The position numbers and the translations under genes are program-made. DNA of 64,000 nt, taken from positions 6,841 to 70,840 of IMG/VR virus record IMGVR_UViG_3300030330_004628. One strand, written 5' to 3'. Shown here in pieces: positions 48,061 through 56,195 of this stretch. Source of the DNA: a virus. Its lineage: Duplodnaviria > Caudoviricetes. The notes below the pieces were generated by a model. It ran no database searches. It was not told the DNA's origin and was given only the letters and a program-made list of their open reading frames with translations. Every line of letters begins with the position of its first letter. The stretch's first letter is position 1.

Positions 48061-49881
48061 TTATTCTTCTTTATAAGGAATTAATCTACCATTTTCTTTT
48101 TTATAGTAGACAAATCCCAATTTTTTACCCTGTTGTTCTTTTTCTCTCGCTTGCATTTGAAATATGTCTATATTATGTATAAGGCATAAGCCAAAAGCAA
48201 TAGCCCTATCGGTATTTCTAGTGCCATAATCAGCAAGCTCATTTAACAAATCTATGAACCATATATCATCAACATTTGTTTTAATATAGTCGTCCATGTA
48301 CTGCTCCATTACAGCTTTTGTTTGTTTATTCATCTGTAATCCATATCTGTTCCTAGTTAATGTACCAGGAGCATGTGCAGTTTTGGGTTTTTCTTTTAAA
48401 TACCTTAAAGCGTTCTTTCTTTTAAAGTAATCTATTATCCCAATTTTTGTATATTCTATAAGCATCTTTGCGTTATAGTATATTGCTAATTTTAAACATC
48501 CGTCCCAAAATTCTTCTGCTGTTTTAGGTCTTTCAGTGTAATCTGCTATTATATAATCACTAGCTATATCAGGAGATATAAACCTTCTATATATAAGAGC
48601 ACTTCCTAATGATGTTGAAGCTTCAGCGGTGTCTTGGTCATAAGAATCAATACCACCTATGTCTAGAGATTCATATTCTTCATTTGGATGTTCAAGAACT
48701 AAATAGGGTCCATTTTTATCAGCAATCCATTCTACAGCATCTGTAAATCCATCTTCATCATCAAACACCCATTCTAACCTTCCTCTTTGTATTTGATTTT
48801 CAAGTTTAGTACTTGACATAATCCTACCTCTTTGAGCATTAATTAAAGATAAATCAAATCTACTTCCTTTTGTTTTTAAGAAAGCCTCCTCTACAGTTAG
48901 TGGATAGTTTTGTATATGCAGGTTATAAGCCTTACTACTATCTCTACCTTCTAACTTTTTTCTTTCTTCCAACAGCACATCTCTAGCTCCTTTTTCATTA
49001 CTAACCCCCGTTTTTAAGTCAAAAAAACCATGATAACAAACAGAAGCTGGGATAAACATTGGAATAAGTCCAAATGAATCTGCATTATAATACATTTCCA
49101 TAAAATCCTTAGATGATGTTTCTATATCACCACCAGTTCCTCCAATTACAGGAACACCAAACTGAATATTACCATCCATAAAGCACGCTTTAGATGACAT
49201 ATAGGCGTTAAGCAATTCTTTAAACTCACCAGCCTCTTCAAATATCATAACACTCAAACGTTCACCTTTAAATACTTCAGGATTAGACATTGTTCTACAA
49301 TGTATTGCGGATTGATATCCGCTTATTTGCCATTTACCATCTTTAGTCTTCTCTTTATAGCCACTTCTAATAATATCAGATGTGTCTTTTAAAACAGAAT
49401 GCCTAAGATTAATATGTTGACCATTTAATCCTTTTTTCACTTTGTCAAAGAACGAATCAGCAGTAACTTGTAATCCTGCTGCTATTCCCACTTCATTATA
49501 TGGATAAAATGTATATTCATGTCCACATAATGCAGAATTCATATAACTAAAACCTTTATCTCTGGCTTTAATAACAATCATTCCTTTCTCTTCCTCCTTG
49601 CACTGTTCAAATAAATCAAAATATAACTTATCTAAATCTCTATACCAAGGAGCAATAAGAGTTTTTCTATTTCCATCCTCACCACTATTACCAAGTATCT
49701 TATAAAAATTAAGATAATAATAGTGTTTTCCTGTTATACGGTCCATGCCTTTAGGCTTGTATCCGTGCTTACACCTATGTATCTGTTCTTCCCAAAATTC
49801 TTGGTATGATACAGACTCAGGGTCTAAATCAGGTATCCCATCATAAATAATGGGTGCATATTTTTTAATCCCTTTGCTCAT
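48061..49881 (-). CDS. terL: Terminase large subunit (likely start MSKGIKK at 49881)
   Basis: VIKARDKGFSY (Walker A region), IFEEAGE (Walker B), GGIDSYD nuclease motif, NTDRAIA. Confidence 0.9.
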   Translation of the reverse strand: MSKGIKKYAPIIYDGIPDLDPESVSYQEFWEEQIHRCKHGYKPKGMDRITGKHYYYLNFYKILGNSGEDGNRKTLIAPWYRDLDKLYFDLFEQCKEEEKGMIVIKARDKGFSYMNSALCGHEYTFYPYNEVGIAAGLQVTADSFFDKVKKGLNGQHINLRHSVLKDTSDIIRSGYKEKTKDGKWQISGYQSAIHCRTMSNPEVFKGERLSVMIFEEAGEFKELLNAYMSSKACFMDGNIQFGVPVIGGTGGDIETSSKDFMEMYYNADSFGLIPMFIPASVCYHGFFDLKTGVSNEKGARDVLLEERKKLEGRDSSKAYNLHIQNYPLTVEEAFLKTKGSRFDLSLINAQRGRIMSSTKLENQIQRGRLEWVFDDEDGFTDAVEWIADKNGPYLVLEHPNEEYESLDIGGIDSYDQDTAEASTSLGSALIYRRFISPDIASDYIIADYTERPKTAEEFWDGCLKLAIYYNAKMLIEYTKIGIIDYFKRKNALRYLKEKPKTAHAPGTLTRNRYGLQMNKQTKAVMEQYMDDYIKTNVDDIWFIDLLNELADYGTRNTDRAIAFGLCLIHNIDIFQMQAREKEQQGKKLGFVYYKKENGRLIPYKEE

Positions 49882-50050
49882 GCTTTTTAATTGGGTCATC
49901 TGGACGCCTTGCGTCTTGTAATACACCTCCCAACTTAAAAGCTGTTTTTAATTTCTTTTGATACTTTTCATAAGCGCCTTGCTCCATATAAGTATCACCG
50001 TCCATCACGTATTTTTTGTCCCCTATTTTTATTTTTTTTTGCTTTGTCAT
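49865..50050 (-). CDS. Small hypothetical protein
   Basis: 61 aa, overlap-coupled to neighbours. Confidence 0.55.
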   Translation of the reverse strand: MTKQKKIKIGDKKYVMDGDTYMEQGAYEKYQKKLKTAFKLGGVLQDARRPDDPIKKHEQRD

Positions 50051-50574
50051 ATCTTATCTTTTATACTCATTTGTTCTTCTAAATAACTCATTTTAGCTTC
50101 ACCTTTTATCTTCTGTCTACCACCTCTTCTCTCTATAGCGTCTAAGAGTTTTTGTCTAGTATTAAGAACTTTTTCAATACCAATCATTATCTTTTGCATA
50201 CTTTCGGCATTGTCCTCGTTTATCCTCGTATCTCTCATTAAACGAGTATATTCATCAATCTTTTCATTAAATGCTACCAACTGAGCATCTAATGGGTCAA
50301 ACTGAAGCTCTTTATACTTATTAATCGCTACAGCGATTTTTTTATTTTTTATTCCCTTCCACTCATACTTGTCAAATACTGCTTTACTTACAGATTTAAC
50401 TCTTTCTCTTTCCACAAAGTGTCTATAAGGACTATCGTAATCACATACTAAAGCCACCCATAGCATTGCTTTTATTCCAAGCTCATCTACTAAGTCTTTA
50501 AACTCTTCAATAGCATATAAGCCATCGTCTTCTTCTATTATTGCCCCTTTTTTGTCTAACTGTAATAAATACAT
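50047..50574 (-). CDS. Putative terminase small subunit / conserved TerL-upstream protein
   Basis: Helical protein with DYDSPY motif and coiled coil; position upstream of terL. Confidence 0.5.
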   Translation of the reverse strand: MYLLQLDKKGAIIEEDDGLYAIEEFKDLVDELGIKAMLWVALVCDYDSPYRHFVERERVKSVSKAVFDKYEWKGIKNKKIAVAINKYKELQFDPLDAQLVAFNEKIDEYTRLMRDTRINEDNAESMQKIMIGIEKVLNTRQKLLDAIERRGGRQKIKGEAKMSYLEEQMSIKDKI

Positions 50575-50575
50575 A

Positions 50576-51043
50576 CTATCCGTTCATAGCAACCATTATC
50601 TCTATATTGCAAGCAGAAGTATTTGCATTTGCAGTAACACTAGTAATATCAACATGTGAACCTGTTACATGGCCGCTGTCGTGCGCAAAAAAACCTGGGT
50701 GCTCTGTTGTTGTATTTGATACTGGAACAATAAAACTTCTTCCTGCATCTAATTTAACATAATAAGCATTATTTCCACTTGTATCTTCAAATCCTAATTC
50801 TACAAAATTTGTAGCATCAAGATTTGTTATTCTAAAATACTCTATGGTGTCTTGGTCAAGAGTACCTATATTACCAGCAGACGCTGCAAGAGCAACAACT
50901 TCTGCCATTCCGCCTGTGCCTACAGCTACAGTGGTTTTATATACATTAGTGATTGTGGTAAATGTTTTAGTTCTTTCAGAACTATAGTTGTTTCCATCTA
51001 CAGTTAAATTTTCTGTTAATGTTACCTTTAATGTTGACGCCAT
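50576..51043 (-). CDS. Small virion beta-protein (tandem paralog of 51051..51515)
   Basis: L-x-VT-x-x-E-x-[LI]...Y[FV]RITNL shared. Confidence 0.6.
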   Translation of the reverse strand: MASTLKVTLTENLTVDGNNYSSERTKTFTTITNVYKTTVAVGTGGMAEVVALAASAGNIGTLDQDTIEYFRITNLDATNFVELGFEDTSGNNAYYVKLDAGRSFIVPVSNTTTEHPGFFAHDSGHVTGSHVDITSVTANANTSACNIEIMVAMNG

Positions 51044-51050
51044 ATTTTAA

Positions 51051-51515
51051 TTATTTAGATGCTTCCGTACTTGCTATAAAAACTTCAACCCTTCCTGCTC
51101 CTTTCCAGCAATACGCTTTTACCTCATCAATGTCTTCTAATGATTGCATTTCTGTTCCTGTTATAGCATCAGCATCATCAGCCTCCATAACTAAGGAGTG
51201 GTTGTATAAATACAATGATTGATTTTTTTGTATTTCATAAACAAAAGAAAAATTATTTTCTCCTATAACATTAATAGCTAGTGGATTTGTTCCCAGATTA
51301 GTTATTCTCACATATTTAATACTCCCATCATCAAAAACCGCGCCAGAAACAGTATCATTATGTGTGGTATATAAAGATGTTAATACTTGTTGTTTAAAAG
51401 AATATATTCTATTAAATACATCAACAATATTACTAAAAGTCATTGTTCTTGTAGAACCCTGTTGCCTTCCTTGTAATATGATATGTTCTTTTGTTGTGAC
51501 TGTTAAATTCGGCAT
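51051..51515 (-). CDS. Small virion beta-protein (tandem paralog of 50576..51043)
   Basis: KYVRITNL; C-terminal VEVFIAS versus IEIMVAM. Confidence 0.6.
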   Translation of the reverse strand: MPNLTVTTKEHIILQGRQQGSTRTMTFSNIVDVFNRIYSFKQQVLTSLYTTHNDTVSGAVFDDGSIKYVRITNLGTNPLAINVIGENNFSFVYEIQKNQSLYLYNHSLVMEADDADAITGTEMQSLEDIDEVKAYCWKGAGRVEVFIASTEASK

Positions 51516-51814
51516 TATTTTTTCTTTTTAATTTTATATTTTAATTTCCAAACACCATGTTCCACCCAAGAATATTCTTCTAAGTGGTATTCGTGTGTGT
51601 TTAAATTTATATATGTATCAACTCCTTCATGAGTTTCTCCCCCTACATAATATAATTTTTTATCTAATACTTCATAGTCATTATCTATTAAATACATAAC
51701 TATGTCTTCTTCTTTTCTAGCTAGAGTGGGATATTCTTTTGAAAAGCTTACATGGTACATTTCTCCTGCTAGATTTTTATGCAATACACCAAAAGCTGTT
51801 TTTTCTTTTACCAT
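51515..51814 (-). CDS. Hypothetical protein
   Basis: 99 aa; TATCTTTG promoter element 4 nt upstream. Confidence 0.6.
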   Translation of the reverse strand: MVKEKTAFGVLHKNLAGEMYHVSFSKEYPTLARKEEDIVMYLIDNDYEVLDKKLYYVGGETHEGVDTYINLNTHEYHLEEYSWVEHGVWKLKYKIKKKK

Positions 51815-51818
51815 TCCC

Positions 51819-51826
51819 CAAAGATA
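51819..51826 (-). promoter_or_regulatory. -7 element TATCTTTG, 4 nt before ATG
   Basis: Exact TAnnTTTG match. Confidence 0.65.
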
Positions 51827-51844
51827 TAAAAAAATAACAACATA

Positions 51845-52489
51845 CTAATAAAGTTGGCTTTTATTAGAAGCTGTTATAGAATTGATTCCTATTATATCTT
51901 TATTTATTTTTCTTATTTCAGAAACAAAAGAAATATCTTTTTCTGTTCTTAATGCTTTGTTTATGTCTTTTATTGCTGTAGCTTCTGAGCCATTTTTAAC
52001 ACCAATTTTTATCTCATCTATACTATTTCCTTTTTCAAAATACAAGGATATAACAGAGTTGGTGGATGTTTTTGTTGCGTCAGAAATAATAGGATTTGAT
52101 TCACTAAAAACATAATAAGTATCCCCTTTAGAAGAAAGAGAGGCTCCACAATAATTTTTACAAGGATAGCTATATATATAAGGTGTTCTTTTTACATAGG
52201 GATTTATAAAGCCCCTTTTCAACACTTCGTTGTGAATAACTTGTCCAGGGTTTCTTGACAATGTTATATTATTAGCAGCTATAGCAGAAATCCTAGCAAA
52301 AAATACATTAACTCCTGAATTATATAAATACAATTTTTCACCAACATTTAAATCTAGTGTTGTAAAGTCAATGTAACCATCCTCTGTGCTATTATAATAA
52401 TTAACCATAGAGGTGTCATCTTGTGCTGTTACAACACATTGTCCTAAAGAGACGTTGGCTCCATATGAAAATATAATATTATAAGCCAT
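51845..52489 (-). CDS. Virion protein with C-terminal KFIY-family-like domain
   Basis: YSYPCK..CG...VISLYFEK...DEIKI.V resembles the neighbouring small paralogs. Confidence 0.5.
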   Translation of the reverse strand: MAYNIIFSYGANVSLGQCVVTAQDDTSMVNYYNSTEDGYIDFTTLDLNVGEKLYLYNSGVNVFFARISAIAANNITLSRNPGQVIHNEVLKRGFINPYVKRTPYIYSYPCKNYCGASLSSKGDTYYVFSESNPIISDATKTSTNSVISLYFEKGNSIDEIKIGVKNGSEATAIKDINKALRTEKDISFVSEIRKINKDIIGINSITASNKSQLY

Positions 52490-52791
52490 TACTTAATTAC
52501 AACTTTAGTGAATGATGATATTCCTGTTACATTATCAATAGGCCAAGTACTTATAGTGTCATTAAAGACTATGGTTTCGTTACTATTTCTACCAAATAAT
52601 TCCGCCACCTTTAAAGCCACATCTACACCTGTCCCTGTTTCTATAGTTAGAGTCACCTTATAAGATAATGGTGATTTTTCAAAATATAAATCTATAGTAG
52701 TAGCAGAAAGATATTTAGCACCAATGAAAGCTTTCAAAGGAAACATTAAATAATCAGTGGCTGTATTAACAAACAAAACGTACCTGTCCAT
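52489..52791 (-). CDS. KFIY-family small protein (start corrected to MDRYVLF at 52791)
   Basis: TATATTTG-CACC-ATG context; LMFPLKAFIG...IDLYFEK. Confidence 0.6.
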   Translation of the reverse strand: MDRYVLFVNTATDYLMFPLKAFIGAKYLSATTIDLYFEKSPLSYKVTLTIETGTGVDVALKVAELFGRNSNETIVFNDTISTWPIDNVTGISSFTKVVIK

Positions 52792-52795
52792 GGTG

Positions 52796-52803
52796 CAAAT
52801 ATA
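52796..52803 (-). promoter_or_regulatory. -7 element TATATTTG, 4 nt before ATG
   Basis: Exact TAnnTTTG(CA) match. Confidence 0.7.
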
Positions 52804-52836
52804 ATAAATTAAACGCGAAGCGTTTTTTTGCAAAAA

Positions 52837-53169
52837 TTATACGTCACTACTCATTGTAGCTGAAATACTAGTAATTTGAGTGTGAACCTTTTCTCCTGTG
52901 TCAGCATCAAAAATAACAGTAACATGACTGTCCCCAAAATTTATCTCTTCTACTAAAGCCTCTAATACATCTTTATGTTTATTATTATCAGTGGTAGTAA
53001 TAGTTATAACATCATTATCTTTGTCTGGGTATAGACCGCCTTCAACTATGGGTGTAAAATATAAATTCAATTCTGTGTCGCTAGCTGGGTGTGCACCCCT
53101 CCAGGACTCTGCTGGATATAACAAAGACATGTTACTAGTTACATTTCCTATGTATATAAATTTTTCCAT
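52837..53169 (-). CDS. KFIY-family small protein
   Basis: MEKFIY...LYPAESWRG...LNLYF...DVITIT...INFG...IFD..TGE. Confidence 0.6.
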   Translation of the reverse strand: MEKFIYIGNVTSNMSLLYPAESWRGAHPASDTELNLYFTPIVEGGLYPDKDNDVITITTTDNNKHKDVLEALVEEINFGDSHVTVIFDADTGEKVHTQITSISATMSSDV

Positions 53170-53170
53170 A

Positions 53171-53548
53171 TTAATCAGCTCCTACATTAGCAGTTATACC
53201 AACAGTAGATATATTATTAAATCTTTCTCCTGTAACATTATCACACAATATAATAAATTGGTTTTCTCCAAAAGCTATTTCTCTAGTAAACTCATCAACA
53301 AATGTTCTATGAACTCCAGTAGATGAAAATGTTAGTATAAGTCCGTCATTATCGTCGTTATCCCCCATAGCATATTGATAAGGACTTTCAAACCTTAAAA
53401 TCATTGATGTTGAATTTACAAATATTATACCCCTAATAGCAGAAACAGGAAAACAAACCGAATCTGCAGCATTATCGTCATCAGCGATATCATTCTCAGA
53501 CCTTGCGTATATAAACTTATGACTACTCCTCTTTATGTGACCCCACAT
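53171..53548 (-). CDS. KFIY-family small protein
   Basis: HKFIYARS...CFPVSAIRG...ILRF...GLILT...IAFG...LCD..TGE; start uncertain. Confidence 0.6.
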   Translation of the reverse strand: MWGHIKRSSHKFIYARSENDIADDDNAADSVCFPVSAIRGIIFVNSTSMILRFESPYQYAMGDNDDNDGLILTFSSTGVHRTFVDEFTREIAFGENQFIILCDNVTGERFNNISTVGITANVGAD

Positions 53549-53687
53549 CTTCTATTGATTTATCTGTTAATGTTAAACATACTGGCCCTAAAAAGAATTG
53601 AGCCTCAGTGTATGGGTGTTTTGCGTCGGGCTCATAGTGTCTTATGCCTAACACAAAGCCCCAATGGAAACTTATTACTAACTGCAT
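53523..53687 (-). CDS. 54-aa beta-hairpin mini-protein, first gene of the late block (not in ORF track)
   Basis: MQLVISFHWGFVLGIRHYEPDAKHPYTEAQFFLGPVCLTLTDKSIEDVGSHKEE; TAGATTTG lies 5 nt upstream. Confidence 0.6.
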   Translation of the reverse strand: MQLVISFHWGFVLGIRHYEPDAKHPYTEAQFFLGPVCLTLTDKSIEDVGSHKEE

Positions 53688-53692
53688 GTATG

Positions 53693-53700
53693 CAAATCTA
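53693..53700 (-). promoter_or_regulatory. -7 element TAGATTTG(CA) heading the late block
   Basis: Exact TAnnTTTG match with A/T-rich upstream sequence. Confidence 0.7.
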
Positions 53701-54040
53701 CGAAAAAAAATTTTTTATATTTTTTCAAGTGTACGAACCTTATTCTTATATGCAGTCCCCCTTTGCAAAACTCAAATACCCGTCCCCTTTATTTAAAAAT
53801 GGAATTTTCAAACAGAAAAAGCATCCTTATATTCGCCTCAGGAACTTCCTAACGTCGTTCTTGAGTGCTTGTACAACACTTTTCTAAACAATCTAAATTT
53901 TTATGTACATACAAGAGAGTGACATACATTATTCCACTATGTTCTTGTTCTCGTTTACATTAAGTATTTTGTGTGTGTTGTGTGATGATTACTATTTAAA
54001 TGATTTGTTATAGTACTGTACAGTCATTGTCCCACTCCCG

Positions 54041-54072
54041 CCCAAGTTACGAAAAATATTTGACATTGTCAA
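54041..54072 (-). promoter_or_regulatory. Possible leftward promoter (TTG-N20-TAACTTGG) overlapped by palindrome TTGACA-T-TGTCAA
   Basis: Variant -7 box; perfect 6+1+6 palindrome at 54060-54072 over the -33 position. Confidence 0.4.
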
Positions 54073-54120
54073 GTCCATCTTACAACTATTTTGCTATCAG
54101 TATACTATTTGAGTGATTAG

Positions 54121-54151
54121 TTGTTCTTTTTATTATTGCACAATAGTGTGC
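54121..54151 (+). promoter_or_regulatory. TTGTTCTTTTT plus GCACA-ATAG-TGTGC hairpin (candidate early/vRNAP promoter, copy 1)
   Basis: Same arrangement recurs at 55186-55221. Confidence 0.5.
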
Positions 54152-54172
54152 TTAATTTAAAATACTTATGCT

Positions 54173-54238
54173 ATGATAACTTTATTTATTACATTCAAAA
54201 TTGTTGATATGATTATCAAAAGGTTTGAAACAGTTTAA
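54173..54238 (+). CDS. 21-aa hydrophobic micro-peptide
   Basis: MITLFITFKIVDMIIKRFETV; A/T-rich start; first of a tandem run. Confidence 0.4.
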   Translation: MITLFITFKIVDMIIKRFETV

Positions 54239-54269
54239 TTAACTATGGTCTAACTTAAATACTACAACT

Positions 54270-54344
54270 ATGGGATTTATTATTGACATCTTTATTATTG
54301 GTATAACAATATGTTGTTGTTACCAAATATGTATTGCTAACTAA
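54270..54344 (+). CDS. 24-aa hydrophobic Cys-rich micro-peptide
   Basis: MGFIIDIFIIGITICCCYQICIAN. Confidence 0.45.
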   Translation: MGFIIDIFIIGITICCCYQICIAN

Positions 54345-54367
54345 TTGTTTAACTTAAAATTGTTTAT

Positions 54368-54484
54368 ATGAAACATCTTATTCCACAGCCACAAGTTATC
54401 ACTATCATTGCGATTATTGTTATTATTGCTTTGTTGACATCTTGTGGCACCACTTATCATTGTCCAAATGGTGGGTGGCAATAA
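54368..54484 (+). CDS. 38-aa putative lipoprotein
   Basis: MKHLIPQPQVITIIAIIVIIALLTS-CGTTYHCPNGGWQ; LLTS-C lipobox after a hydrophobic core. Confidence 0.6.
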   Translation: MKHLIPQPQVITIIAIIVIIALLTSCGTTYHCPNGGWQ

Positions 54485-54522
54485 TGTAATTAACTAAATT
54501 ATTAACCTATTAAACATTTGTT

Positions 54523-54648
54523 ATGTCTAATCATGATTACTGTACTAACAAGATACTTCAGCTTAACAAAACCACTGAAGAAAAAGCTGAAATGCTTAAC
54601 ACTTTGCTTGATGTAAAGTTCTATCTTGACAAGTACAAAAAAGATTAA
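54523..54648 (+). CDS. 41-aa helical protein
   Basis: MSNHDYCTNKILQLNKTTEEKAEMLNTLLDVKFYLDKYKKD; followed by a hairpin and T-tract. Confidence 0.5.
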   Translation: MSNHDYCTNKILQLNKTTEEKAEMLNTLLDVKFYLDKYKKD

Positions 54649-54669
54649 GAGCCTTGTGCTCTTTTTCTT
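54647..54669 (+). terminator. Weak intrinsic terminator
   Basis: AAGAGC-CTTGT-GCTCTT followed by TTTCTT. Confidence 0.5.
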
Positions 54670-54886
54670 GCTATTCACTATCATCTGCGCCTAGCCTTTG
54701 CCCTTCTGCCCACAAGTTGTTCTTTTTGCTGTTGTATATTTGACTTTAGTAGTGAAAATTCAGCATACATAGCATAATGCACAGCAACCTACTATTTTCA
54801 ATAATGTGTGAATGAGTGGGAGTGTGCACCTCTCACTCTAATTCACTTCAGTTTATTTATTTATTGTTTAATTTAAATCGTTTATT

Positions 54887-55066
54887 ATGTCTATTACAAT
54901 TATGAAAACCTTTGATTTTAGTGTGGAATTCGTTCCATTCATAGGTTTTGGTGTCGGAACACAAAAAATCTATCAAGGAAGACGACACACATTCTTTATA
55001 CCATTTGCAATCTTCCACATAGAAATATCTAAAGCAGAAAATAAAGACAATAACTATACGCAGTAG
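54887..55066 (+). CDS. 59-aa beta-hairpin mini-protein (alternative start 54902)
   Basis: MSITIMKTFDFSVEFVPFIGFGVGTQKIYQGRRHTFFIPFAIFHIEISKAENKDNNYTQ. Confidence 0.6.
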   Translation: MSITIMKTFDFSVEFVPFIGFGVGTQKIYQGRRHTFFIPFAIFHIEISKAENKDNNYTQ

Positions 55067-55185
55067 TGTTGTTCTTTTTAATAATGTCTCGTTTGTGAAT
55101 ACTTTCGTGCTGAACCTCTTTACGTCTGATATATGTTCACCCATAAAGTCCTCAAACAAAATACAGAGAGCAATCATTAATTTGG

Positions 55186-55221
55186 TTGTTCTCTTTTTTA
55201 TTGCTACACAATAGTGTGTAG
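55186..55221 (+). promoter_or_regulatory. TTGTTCTCTTTTTT plus CTACACA-ATAG-TGTGTAG hairpin (candidate early/vRNAP promoter, copy 2)
   Basis: Identical CACAATAGTGTG core with different but still paired outer stem bases; 21 nt upstream of the 55243 ATG. Confidence 0.55.
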
Positions 55222-55242
55222 TAAAATTTAAATATTAATGTT

Positions 55243-55848
55243 ATGAATTTTACAATTTCCAAAACCCTACAATCTAAATTAGATAAAGTAGGCGATATTC
55301 AACTTCACCAATTAGACAGAACTAATGGTGTAAAACGTGGTACTAAATACACAGTCCAACCATCTTTTAAATATATGATGATTGATAAAGAAACACTTCA
55401 ACCAGACGGTACATATAAATATGATACTTCTGACGCTAAACCATTTGATATGGCTAATATTCTTTTATTAAACAGATATAAAAATAAAGACGGCGATTGG
55501 GTAGATAACAATGTATCAGCATTTGCTATTAATATCAAACTTGATGAGCAACCTAACGACAATATAACATATTGTACAATGATATTTAGAGGTACATCAT
55601 TTGATAGAATAGTTGATGAAGTTATAGCTATGCAACAAGGATTACAACTTGATAGAGCTAAAGCATTATCTGCTATAATCAAAGCAAATGGTTTAACAAT
55701 GTCTACATTTCTTGAGCATTTAAACGAAGGTAAATCTATTGAGTTCGCACAATACAAGCGAAACAGTAATTTAAACTTTGTTGACGCAAGATATTATGAA
55801 GACAAAATTATGCACGACGAAAGATTAGTTGAGCAAGAAATTTCATAG
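55243..55848 (+). CDS. Hypothetical early protein
   Basis: 201-aa ORF; no motif recognised. Confidence 0.75.
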   Translation: MNFTISKTLQSKLDKVGDIQLHQLDRTNGVKRGTKYTVQPSFKYMMIDKETLQPDGTYKYDTSDAKPFDMANILLLNRYKNKDGDWVDNNVSAFAINIKLDEQPNDNITYCTMIFRGTSFDRIVDEVIAMQQGLQLDRAKALSAIIKANGLTMSTFLEHLNEGKSIEFAQYKRNSNLNFVDARYYEDKIMHDERLVEQEIS

Positions 55849-55903
55849 TTTCTACAGATTTAGGGGGATATATTAATTTATGTCCCTCTCTATCTTAATA
55901 AAT

Positions 55904-56027
55904 CAGTAGAGAAACGGAGTTATAGAACGGGTTGCTATGTGAAAAACAGCAATAGAGTATACAAAAGTGTAGTTCCACTTAAAAATAGTTCTATTGTCCC
56001 AAACGAACTTGTGGCTCCACTCTACTG
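55904..56027 (+). ncRNA. Candidate structured RNA element (multi-stem)
   Basis: Nested pairings CAGTAGAG/CTCTACTG, GGAGTT/GGCTCC, ATAGAAC/GTTCTAT, plus two internal hairpins. Confidence 0.4.
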
Positions 56028-56195
56028 TGTTTATAAACTTTTCAAAAGTTTAATCAAAATCCGCTTCGCTTTATTGCCCACCAGCTTTCCCTCCACGGTT
56101 CACTATCATAATGCGCGGTAAGGTTACTCTCTATACCTATTGTTCTCTTTTTTGGCGTGTAAATAACTTTTTGTTAACATTTAATACTATAAACT

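Noticed and set aside
49882-49926. ORF-track N-terminal extensions (TerL to 49926, barrel to 10312, 52489 ORF to 52833)
   Set aside because: Downstream ATGs fit better, based on promoter spacing, an intact signal peptide or overlap coupling.
53519-54040. 122-aa + strand ORF and short - strand ORFs in the divergence region
   Set aside because: They overlap promoter elements and the 54-aa minus-strand gene, and lack recognisable composition or start context.
55904-56027. tRNA or tmRNA gene
   Set aside because: No cloverleaf, T-loop consensus or CCA end; kept only as an unassigned structured element. No tRNA was recognised elsewhere.
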